Shown: piece by piece, positions 9,201 through 18,260 of the stretch
Position numbering within the stretch: the first letter of the stretch is position 1
How the letters are laid out: each line of letters opens with the position of its first letter
Assembly (NCBI GenBank): GCA_039920245.1
Contig: JBDSEE010000120.1
Coordinates: 27,036 to 91,035, forward strand
DNA: 64,000 nucleotides
Source of the DNA: Ferruginibacter sp.
GTDB taxonomy: Bacteria; Bacteroidota; Bacteroidia; Chitinophagales; Chitinophagaceae
Reading direction: 5' to 3'
Position numbers and translations under genes: made by a program
The notes under the pieces: generated by a model
Database searches by the model: none
Told to the model about the DNA's origin: nothing
What the model saw: only the letters and a program-made list of their open reading frames with translations

Positions 9201-11479
9201 AAGGATATGCAGCGCATGATAGTCTTGCTATAAATGCATTAACACAGGATAATAAAGGAGTAGATTGGTTTGGGGCAAATGCATCAGTTGCAATTAAAGG
9301 AGATGAATACAACTTCAGGCTAAATGATAATTTATTATTGAACTATGAACGATGGAACGTAGCGCCGGATAACTTGATAAGTTATTCTCCACGTGGTTGG
9401 CTGGTAAACAATTTCAGGATGAATAGTGACACTGCAAGTATTACTATCAATAGCCGGCAGCAAGTGCCCAATAGCCCTATAGATGTTAAGATAGATAACT
9501 TCAACCTGAAAAGTTTAAGTGCATTGATAAGTAATGATACTCTATACACAAGCGGCATCATGGATGCCACATTAGTCGTGGATGAATTAGATAAGAGCAT
9601 ACCGGCATTTACAGGAAATGCAGAAATTACAAACTTTGCTATTAACCAACAACCTATTGGAAATATAAAAGCACTATTACAGAAGAAATCTGAAAATACA
9701 ATTACAGGTAGTATAACCCTTACCGGAAATGGGAACGATGTAGAAGCAACGGGTGATTATTTTCTAAATAATCCGGCTGAAGATTTTCGGGCAAATATAA
9801 ATATGCGAAAGATGAACCTTAAGACCCTCCAGAGTTTTACAGCGGGTTTAATACAAGATGCTTCAGGTTCTATCAATGGTAATATTGTATTGAATGGCAA
9901 GTTCTCAGAACCACATTGGCAGGGTCAATTGAATTTTGATACTGCCCGTTTTACTTTATCAGAGTATGGTTCTGTATTGCGATTAAACCAGCAGCACATC
10001 AACCTAAATTACCCCGATATCAGTTTTGATAATTTTATTATCCTGGATTCATTATCTCATGAGGCAAAGCTTAATGGAAAAATTACCGCACTTTCTTTAA
10101 ATGAGTATGACCTGAACCTTGATGTAAATGCTAAAAATTTCATTGTAATAAATACACCAAATGCCATCAACAACGAGATATATGGTTATGCTGCTGTAGA
10201 TGCAGATATGAGGATAACCGGAAATTCAATTTCTCCAAACCTGGATGGAAACGTATTAGTGAATGATGGAAGCAAAATAACGATTGTAATACCAGAACAA
10301 AGTTTTAATAAAGATGCAGCAAAAGCAGTGGTGCGTTTTATTGACAGGGATACCTTTGCGATAGACCCGCCTAAAACTGCATTTCAACCTGTAGCAGACC
10401 AGGCAGTAAATTTTGCACGGTACCTCAATTATAATTTTAATATCGAGGTACATAAGAATTCTACGTTTACAATTATAGTAGATCCTGCTACTGGAGATAA
10501 AGTGGTAGCACAGGGTGATGCACAATTAAATGCAGGCGTTGATCCCGGTGGTAATCTTGTACTGGCAGGAAATTATGAGCTGGATAAGGGAACCTATGAA
10601 TTAAACTACCAGTTCCTGCAACGAAAATTTAAATTGATGAAAGGTAGCAGTATTTCATTTGCTGGCGCACCTATGAATGCAAGAGTAAATATTACTGCTG
10701 AATACACAGCGCTAACTTCTTCCCGTGATCTATTAAGCAATGAAGTAACCGATGTGAGTCCAAGACTTGCCAACTCCTTTAACCAGAAAATTCCCTTCAG
10801 GGTTATTTTATATTTAACTGGCGAGCTTAGCAGGCCGGATATTAATTTTAATATTGAGTTGCCTGAAGAAAGCAACCTGCTCACCGGTGACCTGAGAACT
10901 ACTATAGAAAACAAGCTTGCCCAGTTGAGGAGTGACCAGGCAGCAACAAATAAGCAGGTATTTTCTTTGTTGCTTTTAGGCCGTTTTGTAGGTGAACAAA
11001 GCAGCGACTTTTTTAAAGGAAACGGAAGCGATTTCTCTGACCTTGCCCGGCAAAGTGTAAGCGAGTTTTTGTCAGCTGCATTAAATGAAATTGCCGCCAA
11101 TCTTTTTAAAGGAATAGATGTAGACCTGAATTTAAATACTTATCGTGATTTCAGTAATGGTGGAAATGCACAGCGTACGGATCTAAACGTTACCTTAAGC
11201 AAATCTTTCCTTGATGACAGACTTGTTATTAGTGTGGGTACAAACTTTGGGGTTGAAGGACAGGATCCTGCAAGAAAAGCAGGTACAAATAGTAATAGCT
11301 TTATGCCAGATGTTGCTGTTGCTTATAAACTTACCAAGGATGGCCGATATATGATAAGAGCCTATAGAAAAAATCAGTTTGAAGTCTTGTTAGATGGATA
11401 TGTGGTGGAAACCGGTATTTCATTCATAGTTACTATGGACTATGACAAATTCCATGAACTGTTCAGGAGAAAAAAATAA
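6251..11479 (+). CDS. tamB: Translocation/assembly module TamB (AsmA-like) protein
   Basis: About 1740 aa with an N-terminal TM anchor, repetitive beta-rich body and DUF490-like C-terminus (GNYELDKGTYELNY...YKLTKDGRYMIRAYR). ATG 6251 preferred over TTG 6224. Confidence 0.9.
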   Translation: MANTKLILRKTGRVFLYILLCVFMLVLLAYIFINLPVGKRVVRNKVQSFLQEKLHTKVAIGSVDYSLPQWLKIKGVYIEDQQKDTLAYGEEISADLDMIKLMFGYTDIEKLYFKNILLKVNRGENDTSFNYRFVLDAFTGNKSTTSIPDTAALKLTLNHLVFDNVALHFSDEKVGTNFKASIKVLNATLTRFQPDRVQFGLSDFYAKGINFKMNSYKEIIPDTTVIAPPDSMTLPAYALFITAKKFNLQDVNVSVSNSVNGMDYGNNINHLGFSNVIFSLGQSIAIADSAVLDSSIIKLALPVTAKNNKTDTVVSQPWLIKLGQLNMRQNEIAFDDINEPKKGGFDAFHIDLQNVNTDIQSFLYSYDTLKGTVRNFSFKEKNGFSVDSLHVNYLQTPTQLTATELYFKTPQTLLRDKIELTFDTASATKALRTKNSIVAATISNSVIAFNDLYQVMPSIRSSFPPSKFANLSLHINTELRGNLEHIYLPYLQLSGLTGSSLSAHGNLYNVSEPRFFSYDLIIEKSRITKSDLLKFIPAGNAAAMQKIPSVFSLSGHITGNSNNVVADVKTSAQGASFNGRIALHNISNPALLTYDLDIRSADINKNFIMAFLPPGSIPSQINLPENIKATGTIKATDNSVTLNTRLNTSYGKANVKGYLNNYKNPELVKYDLDMNLAGFNVGRLIRQDSILGLVSGHVNAKGRGFNYKTMVSDINGNLDALTYKGYTYHDILFTSSFKNGIINSEGKVNDDNLRMKYNLLANVQGEYPTVDAKVRIDTVQLQALHFYSDTLNASFTADIKMNDTRPRNLDLHVIIDSTFLQLGTEKSFLDSMVLVGTSSAGIDDIRFTAPFAEIHANGAFDYDKVGTSLAQYINNYYKFSNTKPVTIPDQQLTFEANIQRHPIVLYVVPGLYDYKDINIKGSYSSALQDSALNFTASLPYVFYGDYILRSGRINVASRNEKLNYDLKLDTLSFSKYTFYGNSVKGYAAHDSLAINALTQDNKGVDWFGANASVAIKGDEYNFRLNDNLLLNYERWNVAPDNLISYSPRGWLVNNFRMNSDTASITINSRQQVPNSPIDVKIDNFNLKSLSALISNDTLYTSGIMDATLVVDELDKSIPAFTGNAEITNFAINQQPIGNIKALLQKKSENTITGSITLTGNGNDVEATGDYFLNNPAEDFRANINMRKMNLKTLQSFTAGLIQDASGSINGNIVLNGKFSEPHWQGQLNFDTARFTLSEYGSVLRLNQQHINLNYPDISFDNFIILDSLSHEAKLNGKITALSLNEYDLNLDVNAKNFIVINTPNAINNEIYGYAAVDADMRITGNSISPNLDGNVLVNDGSKITIVIPEQSFNKDAAKAVVRFIDRDTFAIDPPKTAFQPVADQAVNFARYLNYNFNIEVHKNSTFTIIVDPATGDKVVAQGDAQLNAGVDPGGNLVLAGNYELDKGTYELNYQFLQRKFKLMKGSSISFAGAPMNARVNITAEYTALTSSRDLLSNEVTDVSPRLANSFNQKIPFRVILYLTGELSRPDINFNIELPEESNLLTGDLRTTIENKLAQLRSDQAATNKQVFSLLLLGRFVGEQSSDFFKGNGSDFSDLARQSVSEFLSAALNEIAANLFKGIDVDLNLNTYRDFSNGGNAQRTDLNVTLSKSFLDDRLVISVGTNFGVEGQDPARKAGTNSNSFMPDVAVAYKLTKDGRYMIRAYRKNQFEVLLDGYVVETGISFIVTMDYDKFHELFRRKK

Positions 11480-11480
11480 A

Positions 11481-13772
11481 ATGTTGATGAAAAGATATGG
11501 GATCATAATATTGTTTTCAATGCTGTGCATGGTTTCGTGCAGTGTTCAGAAATATCTGCCGCCGGGCGAAAGATTATATCGTGGTGCAACAGTGCATGTA
11601 GAAAAGAGCACAGAGGTAAAAACAAAATCCCGGCAGCTAAGAAACACCATAGCACTTGCTGCCAAGCCGAGAGCAAATAAATTTCTGCTGGGTCAGCCAT
11701 GGAAAGTCTGGTGGTATTTTAAATTGGGTGAGCCTGAACATGACCGGGGCCTAAGAAGATTTTTAAGAAATAAATTAGGTGAAGCACCTGTGCTAAGCAG
11801 TCGTGTGAATGCTGCTGCAACTGCAGAGAATATGCAGGCATTACTGGAAAACCTGGGATATTTTCACAGCACCGTTTCTGGTGATACTACAGATTATAGT
11901 TATTTCACAAAAGCAGTGTATACGGCAAAAGTGCAGCCTCAATATTATCTTAATGAAATTAAATGGGTAAATGATAGTTCCCAGTTAATGAAAATATTAC
12001 AAAGCACACAGGCCAGGAGCGTTTTGAAAAAAGGTAACCCTTACAGGTTGAGTGATATAACGGCTGAAAGAGACCGGCTGGATCTATTTTTAAAAACAAA
12101 GGGCTATTATTTTTTCAACCCTGATTATTTAATGGCTTACGCTGATAGTACCATTGGGGGCCGAAAGGTAGACTTGTTCCTGAATATCAAAACAACCACG
12201 CCGCCGGAAGCAAAACACGCCTACCGTATAAATAGCATTGTTGTTTTTCCAAATTATACACTTACATCTACCCAGTTAGACACTAGCCGGTATGGCGCTG
12301 AATATTATGAGGGCCTCTTAATTAAAGATACCATTCATAAATTCAAGAGTAGGTTATTTGCCACAACAATTACTTACAGGCCAGGATCTGTTTATAGCAG
12401 CCGGTCTCAGAATTCAACCCTTAACAGATTTATAAATCTCAATACTTTCAAGTTCGTTAAGAATCGTTTTGAACCTTTGCCTGCAACAGATACCAGCCAT
12501 GTTATGGATGTATATTATTATCTCACACCGGCCAAGAAAAAATCAATACAGGCGCAAGTAGATGCATTCACAAAAGAGAATAGCTATCTAGGTAGCCAGG
12601 CAAGCGTTTCCATAAGAAATAGGAATACGTTTAAAGGTGCAGAGCAAATGAGTTTAAAGGTTTATGGCGGATTTGAAACTTCTTATGCTGACTCACTAAA
12701 AAATAACAACTATCGCCTCGGCGCTGAAGCAACCCTGAAATTTCCCCGGTATGTGGTTCCTTTTTTTCATATAAAAGAAAATAATTTTTACCCTCCCAAT
12801 ACCAGTATGACCGCAGGTTATGAGTGGTTTAGAAAAGACTTACTGTATACAAAAAACTTTTTCCGTTTTCAGCATGAGTACAGTTGGAAACCAACTTACA
12901 GGGAACAGTATAATGTATCCCCGGTTTCTATCAGTTACCTGAATGCATCACAGGTTACAGATTCATTTTATAAGCAAGCATTAATTACGCCGGCAATTAT
13001 ATTGAATGTATATGATGAAGCAATCCTGGGATCATTTATCTCCTATACTTATAATACAATGCGGCCAAAGGCATTAGAAAAATGGTATTTCAATACGAGC
13101 CTCGATGTTTCCGGGAATGTGGCAGGACTGTTAACCGGTGCTAAACATTTCAGAGAAAAGAAAATTTTTGGAACCCCTTTCGCTCAATACCTGAAACTGG
13201 ATTTTGATGTGCATTATACAAGAAAACTTCCCGGCAATCTTGAGTGGGCAAACAGGGTACAAGTTGGTATTGGATTGCCATATAATAATTCAAACCTGCT
13301 GCCATTTGCAAAGCAATACATCATTGGCGGAAGCAATTCAATTCGTGGTTTCAGGGTAAGAAGTGTGGGGCCAGGAACGTACAAACCCACAGCTACAGAT
13401 CAACGTTTCTTCCAAATCATCGGGGGTGATTATAAATTTTTGGTGAATACCGAGCTAAGGATTCCTTTCACTCCTAAAATTTCATTCGCAACTTTTGTAG
13501 ATGCCGGAAATATATGGACAAAGGATACGTTACTTTTTGGAAAAGCGGGGCAATTAAGTAAAGAATGGATAAAAGAATTGGCTGTGGCTACTGGTGTGGG
13601 AATGAGGTTTGATGCAACTGTGATCTTGATTAGAGTAGACCTGGGAATACCATTGAGAAAACCTTACTTGCCCGATGGACAACGATGGGTATTGGATAAG
13701 ATCAACTTCGCCAGTGGGCCGTGGCGTGGTGAAAACCTCATTCTGAACATTGCGCTTGGCTTACCTTTTTAA
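11481..13772 (+). CDS. BamA/TamA-family Omp85 outer-membrane lipoprotein (TamL-like)
   Basis: Lipobox MVS-C, POTRA region, GGSNSIRGF, FVDAGNIW and C-terminal LALGLPF-type barrel end. Start set at the ATG just after the tamB stop. Confidence 0.9.
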   Translation: MLMKRYGIIILFSMLCMVSCSVQKYLPPGERLYRGATVHVEKSTEVKTKSRQLRNTIALAAKPRANKFLLGQPWKVWWYFKLGEPEHDRGLRRFLRNKLGEAPVLSSRVNAAATAENMQALLENLGYFHSTVSGDTTDYSYFTKAVYTAKVQPQYYLNEIKWVNDSSQLMKILQSTQARSVLKKGNPYRLSDITAERDRLDLFLKTKGYYFFNPDYLMAYADSTIGGRKVDLFLNIKTTTPPEAKHAYRINSIVVFPNYTLTSTQLDTSRYGAEYYEGLLIKDTIHKFKSRLFATTITYRPGSVYSSRSQNSTLNRFINLNTFKFVKNRFEPLPATDTSHVMDVYYYLTPAKKKSIQAQVDAFTKENSYLGSQASVSIRNRNTFKGAEQMSLKVYGGFETSYADSLKNNNYRLGAEATLKFPRYVVPFFHIKENNFYPPNTSMTAGYEWFRKDLLYTKNFFRFQHEYSWKPTYREQYNVSPVSISYLNASQVTDSFYKQALITPAIILNVYDEAILGSFISYTYNTMRPKALEKWYFNTSLDVSGNVAGLLTGAKHFREKKIFGTPFAQYLKLDFDVHYTRKLPGNLEWANRVQVGIGLPYNNSNLLPFAKQYIIGGSNSIRGFRVRSVGPGTYKPTATDQRFFQIIGGDYKFLVNTELRIPFTPKISFATFVDAGNIWTKDTLLFGKAGQLSKEWIKELAVATGVGMRFDATVILIRVDLGIPLRKPYLPDGQRWVLDKINFASGPWRGENLILNIALGLPF

Positions 13773-13822
13773 GTAGGGAAAAATAATTTTTAATTCCTTC
13801 AGCTTGTCTAAAATACCAGCAT

Positions 13823-13854
13823 AAAAAAGACCGGCTTAATAACCGGATCTTTTT
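13823..13854. terminator. Bidirectional intrinsic terminator
   Basis: AAAAAAGA-CCGG...CCGG-ATCTTTTT, between convergent genes. Confidence 0.6.
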
Positions 13855-13881
13855 CTAAAAATATAAATATATTTTATTCTT

Positions 13882-14202
13882 TTATTTCATTCGGGGAGTT
13901 TCCTGCTGTGTTTTCTCTGCATCTTCTTTTCCAATTTCAGGGGGATCCTGTGTATCACTATTATTTCCTATTCCTTCCTGGTAGCGTTTTTCACCCGTTT
14001 CGCCGTTATGAGAATCATCATAACGCTGGCTTCCGCCATTACTCATTTTAGGGACTGAGTCTGCATTAGTTGTTTCATTGCTCTCATCAGAATTTGTAAC
14101 ATGGTTTCCTTCCTGTTGATTTACAACTTCTTCTTCACGGCCCGGCAGTGAAGTATCTTTTGACCTATCAGTTCCTGATTGTGAATTTTGTGTCTGTTCC
14201 AC
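13882..14202 (-). CDS. Hydrophilic, acidic, probably disordered hypothetical protein
   Basis: 106 aa, GTG start, rich in E/D/Q/N/S/T/G and almost free of hydrophobic residues. Confidence 0.65.
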   Translation of the reverse strand: MEQTQNSQSGTDRSKDTSLPGREEEVVNQQEGNHVTNSDESNETTNADSVPKMSNGGSQRYDDSHNGETGEKRYQEGIGNNSDTQDPPEIGKEDAEKTQQETPRMK

Positions 14203-14264
14203 GCTATAAATTTTTTTATGTGAAGAAAAAAAATGCTGGAGAAGATGTGTGAATGAGAATATGA

Positions 14265-14657
14265 CTAAGCTGTCCTCTCTGACTTTTTAATAAGATTGTG
14301 GTAAATAGCAAGACCATATGCCTTCAGCCTTTCTGCCTGGCTAAATATTGTACCTGTAGTGGTTAAATTTAATGCAGTGCCTAATATCTTTTTAGGTAAT
14401 GAGTGTGCTTTTCCTAAAAGTAATTTTTGAGTTAGAAATCCCATACTTAATCCCCCTACTGCTTTCATTATCATTCCCAGTGGAGATTCAGGATCTGCTA
14501 TTTGGTGCACAGCATTCTTTAAAATATTTTTTGGCTTAAAGCTTTCCTTGGTTTCATGCCATTGAGATACGACAATAGTTTTTTGAATAACCAGCTTTTT
14601 CTCATACTCAATTATCGCAGCTTCCAGTTCATGTGAATTTGTTATTTGCATGGCCAT
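14265..14657 (-). CDS. Hypothetical membrane-associated protein (YqjK-like position)
   Basis: 130 aa; start abuts the stop of the upstream holin-like gene; amphipathic central segment. Confidence 0.7.
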   Translation of the reverse strand: MAMQITNSHELEAAIIEYEKKLVIQKTIVVSQWHETKESFKPKNILKNAVHQIADPESPLGMIMKAVGGLSMGFLTQKLLLGKAHSLPKKILGTALNLTTTGTIFSQAERLKAYGLAIYHNLIKKSERTA

Positions 14658-14998
14658 TAGCTATAAATTTTTTTGATGATAGCATGAGTTACAGGATCTT
14701 TAACCCATTTGTTTTTGAAAGCAGAAAAAATAAGTCCGGCGATAAGATAAAAACCAGCCAAAGCTAAAAATCCATAGTAGGGCTTTCCAAGCCATTCACC
14801 AAGGAGGAGCGCTATGCCAATATTTACTAGCATTACAAATAGCATCAATAAGCAAATCGAGATCAGCTTTGAAGCTATTGTCGAAACTATATCTGATGAT
14901 TTTTGCGTAGCTTTTAATTTCCACAGTTCAACCCTTGTTTCAAGGTAGTCCCCTGCTTTTTCGAATAAAGATTCAAAATTGTTTGGCTGATTATCCAT
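14657..14998 (-). CDS. Phage-holin-like (YqjE-type) two-TM membrane protein
   Basis: MDNQPNNFESLFEKAGDYLETRVELWKLK followed by two TM helices. Start reassigned to ATG 14998. Confidence 0.75.
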   Translation of the reverse strand: MDNQPNNFESLFEKAGDYLETRVELWKLKATQKSSDIVSTIASKLISICLLMLFVMLVNIGIALLLGEWLGKPYYGFLALAGFYLIAGLIFSAFKNKWVKDPVTHAIIKKIYS

Positions 14999-15053
14999 TA
15001 TGATAGTTTTATCCCCGGACTTTATTTTTTCTAAAACTGATATGCTGTGAGTA

Positions 15054-15365
15054 TTAAGCAAACGTACGCTTTGTTTCGTCTTTGAAATTCTGGCCGTTTC
15101 CTTTGGTTGCACCTGCAGCTGATTGAACTGCATCTTTTCCTTGGTCCATTATGTCTTTTGCCTCTCCACGAATGTTATCATATTTCTCCTGCAGTGCTTC
15201 TCCTAGCTCATTAAACTTGTTCTTTACAGAGTCGCTTAAATCGCCACCTTTTTGGGCTAATTTTTTTCTTGTTTCAGTTCCTTTTTCTGGTGCGAATAAT
15301 ACGCCTAATACAGCGCCGGCAGCAGCACCTAATAATATTCCGGATAATAATTTACTTGAGCTCAT
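15054..15365 (-). CDS. YtxH-domain general stress protein
   Basis: LLSGILLGAAAGAVLGVLFAPEKGTETRKKL signature. Confidence 0.9.
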   Translation of the reverse strand: MSSSKLLSGILLGAAAGAVLGVLFAPEKGTETRKKLAQKGGDLSDSVKNKFNELGEALQEKYDNIRGEAKDIMDQGKDAVQSAAGATKGNGQNFKDETKRTFA

Positions 15366-15409
15366 AGTTTTAATTTTTTTTATTTTATAAATAGTGTATA
15401 GATGTTATT

Positions 15410-15424
15410 GCTAAAATGCTGCCA
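15410..15424 (-). promoter_or_regulatory. Sigma54 -24/-12 promoter (TGGCAGCATTTTAGC)
   Basis: Canonical GG-N10-GC spacing, 45 nt upstream of the ytxH-like ATG. Confidence 0.65.
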
Positions 15425-15475
15425 ATTGCTAAAGCTGATGTATTCAGTAATTGCCCGATTTCCATACGAAATAGT

Positions 15476-15493
15476 TGAGTAATTATTTCTACA
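15476..15493. promoter_or_regulatory. Palindromic candidate enhancer TGAGTA-ATTATT-TCTACA
   Basis: Lies between two divergent sigma54-like boxes. Confidence 0.5.
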
Positions 15494-15556
15494 AAACAAT
15501 AAATAAAGGCCTTAAATATTCAAAAAATACTGTATGTGGTTAAACAATTGGCTAAC

Positions 15557-15571
15557 TGGCATGTTTATTTG
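15557..15571 (+). promoter_or_regulatory. Sigma54-like element (TGGCATGTTTATTTG)
   Basis: 58 nt upstream of the ATG at 15629; non-canonical -12. Confidence 0.35.
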
Positions 15572-15628
15572 ATTTCATTCCATATCATTTTTCCAGGCTC
15601 ATTTTGGAAACTCCTAAAAAAATATTTA

Positions 15629-16831
15629 ATGGACTTAACAGGTGGATATCCTTACTGGCTGATCAGATCAGGCCTGCCATTTGACTACAATGTTTTACAA
15701 AAAAATATCGAGGTAGATGTAGCAATAATTGGTGGTGGAATATCGGGTGCCCTGGCGGCCTATTTTCTCTCGGAAGCAGGAATTGAATGTGCTGTTTTTG
15801 ATAGACGTACTATTGGCCTTGGCAGTACTGCTGCAAGTACTTCGCTATTACAATATGAATTGGATATGGGCCTGAGTAAATTAAATAAAACTATTGGCCA
15901 ATTTAAGGCTGCACTTGCTTACAAATGTGGTGTGGAAGCGATTGCCAAACTGCAGGCTATAAGTAAAAAAATAAAATTTAATGAAATGGAGCTATGCAAA
16001 AGTCTCTATTTTTCTGCCACAAAAAAGGATGTTAGCTTTTTGGAAAAAGAATTTGAAGCCCGTAAGGAAATTGGGCTAAAGGTGAAGCTGTTAAAAGGGA
16101 GGGAGATTTATAAATATGCCGGATTTCATGCAGAGGCAGCAATATTATCTTCTACAGCTGCCCAGACAAATGCATATAAACTCACTCACCAGCTTTTACA
16201 ATACTGCATTGTAAAAGGCGTAAAAGTATATGATAGAACTAATGTAAAAAATATACAGCATGGAAAAAGCAAAGTACTTTTTGAAGCAGGAGAAGGCTTT
16301 AAAGTAAATGCTGGCTTTATTGTATATGCAACAGGATATGAAGCCATAGATTTTATTGAAAAAGGAATAGTAAAATTACAAAGTACCTATGCTTTAAGTA
16401 GCGAACAATTTATTAAGAATCCGCTCCCGCTACGGGAGCCAATGGTTATATGGAATACTGCAGATCCATACTTATATATGCGATGCACAAAAGACAACAG
16501 GATATTAGTAGGCGGCAGGGATGAGCCGTACTATGATCCTAAAAAAAGAGATGCATTGATGGAGAAAAAAACCAGGTTATTGTCCAGGGACTTTAAAAAA
16601 TTATTTCCTACAATCGAAATGAAGCCAGAGTTTTCCTGGTGCGGAACTTTTAATACTACCAAATATGCACTGCCACTTATTGGGAATTATAAAAAACTGC
16701 AGAATAGTTTTTTTGCGTTAGGTTATGGTGGTAATGGTATAACCTTCAGTTTAATTGCGGCAGAGATTTTGAAAGATAGCATAACTGGAAAAAAAAATAA
16801 ATACCAGTCGTTGTTTTCTTTTGATAGATGA
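15629..16831 (+). CDS. FAD-dependent oxidoreductase (DAO/PuuB-like)
   Basis: DVAIIGGGISG Rossmann motif, GSTAASTSLL and ALGYGGNGIT. Start reassigned from GTG 15536 to ATG 15629. Confidence 0.9.
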   Translation: MDLTGGYPYWLIRSGLPFDYNVLQKNIEVDVAIIGGGISGALAAYFLSEAGIECAVFDRRTIGLGSTAASTSLLQYELDMGLSKLNKTIGQFKAALAYKCGVEAIAKLQAISKKIKFNEMELCKSLYFSATKKDVSFLEKEFEARKEIGLKVKLLKGREIYKYAGFHAEAAILSSTAAQTNAYKLTHQLLQYCIVKGVKVYDRTNVKNIQHGKSKVLFEAGEGFKVNAGFIVYATGYEAIDFIEKGIVKLQSTYALSSEQFIKNPLPLREPMVIWNTADPYLYMRCTKDNRILVGGRDEPYYDPKKRDALMEKKTRLLSRDFKKLFPTIEMKPEFSWCGTFNTTKYALPLIGNYKKLQNSFFALGYGGNGITFSLIAAEILKDSITGKKNKYQSLFSFDR

Positions 16832-16878
16832 TAACTGGTGCACAAACAATTTTGACACATAAACCTAAATCAAAAAAC

Positions 16879-17055
16879 ATGAAACAGTTAACAAACATTT
16901 TCTACAGTATTATCATCTTATTAGCTATTACAGTGAGTATGACGAGTTGCGAAGCAATCGCAGGCATATTTAAAGCTGGTATGTGGAGTGGTATTATAAT
17001 AGTAGCTCTTATTGTAGGACTTATATTATATTTTGTAAGCAGGTCAAGAAAATAG
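16879..17055 (+). CDS. Small membrane lipoprotein-like protein (58 aa)
   Basis: Signal peptide with lipobox MTS-C, then EAIAGIFKAGMWSGIIIV TM helix and a basic tail. Confidence 0.75.
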   Translation: MKQLTNIFYSIIILLAITVSMTSCEAIAGIFKAGMWSGIIIVALIVGLILYFVSRSRK

Positions 17056-17072
17056 AAAAGGCGAATTACTCG

Positions 17073-18224
17073 CTATATTGTATCAGATGGAGTGTTAGAA
17101 ACGGTAGTCACTACCGTTTTTCTTTTTCGGGAAGCCAGCCTTTCAATACTCCTGGCAAGTTTTCCTTTTTGGCCGGCAGTATCATCTCCCATCAGCATGC
17201 CCCAGGGTTTAAGATCATCTATCCTGTCAAAAATTATTTTTAATATTGCAATAGTAGGAAGTGCCAGGAATACTCCAGACAAACCGATGAGAGTTCCACC
17301 AATCACTACTCCCACAATAGTCACGAGCGCATTTATTTGCACCTTACTTCCTACTATACGAGTCATCAGGAAATTACTATCAATAAAATGTATTATTTCA
17401 AAACTGAGAATGATCCATGCGATATCGCTTAGATGAGTAGAAGTAGTAAGCGTTACAAGAGAAGCGAAAACAATACCAGTAAGTATACCCACATATGGAA
17501 TGATATTTAAGATAGCAGTAAAAATTCCGAGAAAGATTGCATACTTCACTCCAATAATAAGCAGTACTGTGGAATTAGCTACTGCTACTATGGCCATTTC
17601 AGTAATAAGGCCCAGCATGTATTTTTGCACAATGCCCTTTGATTCCTGCAACACCTCATGTATCTGGGGTTCGTGCGCCTTATTAAAAACAGCGAGTAAA
17701 AACTTTCTTATCATATGCCTGTAATGCAAAATAAGGAAGGTGTATATGGCTACCATAATAATGTAGATCATAGTACGGGTGATAGTAAAGACAGTTTCAC
17801 CAAGGACTTCGGAGCCACTCTTTACATCAGCGGTGGCTGTTTCAATCATGGATGTCTGTTGTTTTGCAGTTACATTAAATTTCTGCTGGATCCATTCCTG
17901 TAGTGTGTTATAATGAGCGTGCAGGTGCCGGCGTATAGAAGGAATATCCTGTAAAAAACTGGCCATCTGGTGGGAGAAAAAATAAATTATACCACCAATG
18001 ACACATAAGGCAAAGATGATAGATACAAGGTTTGCGCCTGCTTTTGGAAAGCGTAATTTATTTTCCAGGAAATTTGTAACAGGTAATAATAATATAGAAA
18101 GCAAGATGGCAAATGCTAGCGGCACAAATACATTTTGTCCGTAGGTAATAAAGACTACCAACAGGGTAAGCATCAAAAGTTTAATAGTAAATTGGATGTA
18201 AAAAGGAAGCAGCTTAAAGTTCAT
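17073..18224 (-). CDS. AI-2E (PerM/YhhT) family transporter
   Basis: Multi-TM; VPLAFAILLSILLLP, LNIIPYVG and GVFLALP motifs. Confidence 0.92.
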   Translation of the reverse strand: MNFKLLPFYIQFTIKLLMLTLLVVFITYGQNVFVPLAFAILLSILLLPVTNFLENKLRFPKAGANLVSIIFALCVIGGIIYFFSHQMASFLQDIPSIRRHLHAHYNTLQEWIQQKFNVTAKQQTSMIETATADVKSGSEVLGETVFTITRTMIYIIMVAIYTFLILHYRHMIRKFLLAVFNKAHEPQIHEVLQESKGIVQKYMLGLITEMAIVAVANSTVLLIIGVKYAIFLGIFTAILNIIPYVGILTGIVFASLVTLTTSTHLSDIAWIILSFEIIHFIDSNFLMTRIVGSKVQINALVTIVGVVIGGTLIGLSGVFLALPTIAILKIIFDRIDDLKPWGMLMGDDTAGQKGKLARSIERLASRKRKTVVTTVSNTPSDTI

Positions 18225-18260
18225 CTCTATATTTCTTTTTTCTATTGTAAGAAATTATTA

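Noticed and set aside
11461-11487. A-run at the tamB/TamA-like junction as a second frameshift site
   Set aside because: The run is only seven As, the downstream gene has its own ATG and signal peptide, and a fusion would bury the lipobox.
14657-14998. Holin-like gene as evidence of a prophage
   Set aside because: No integrase, structural or lysis genes nearby; this membrane family occurs in stress operons.
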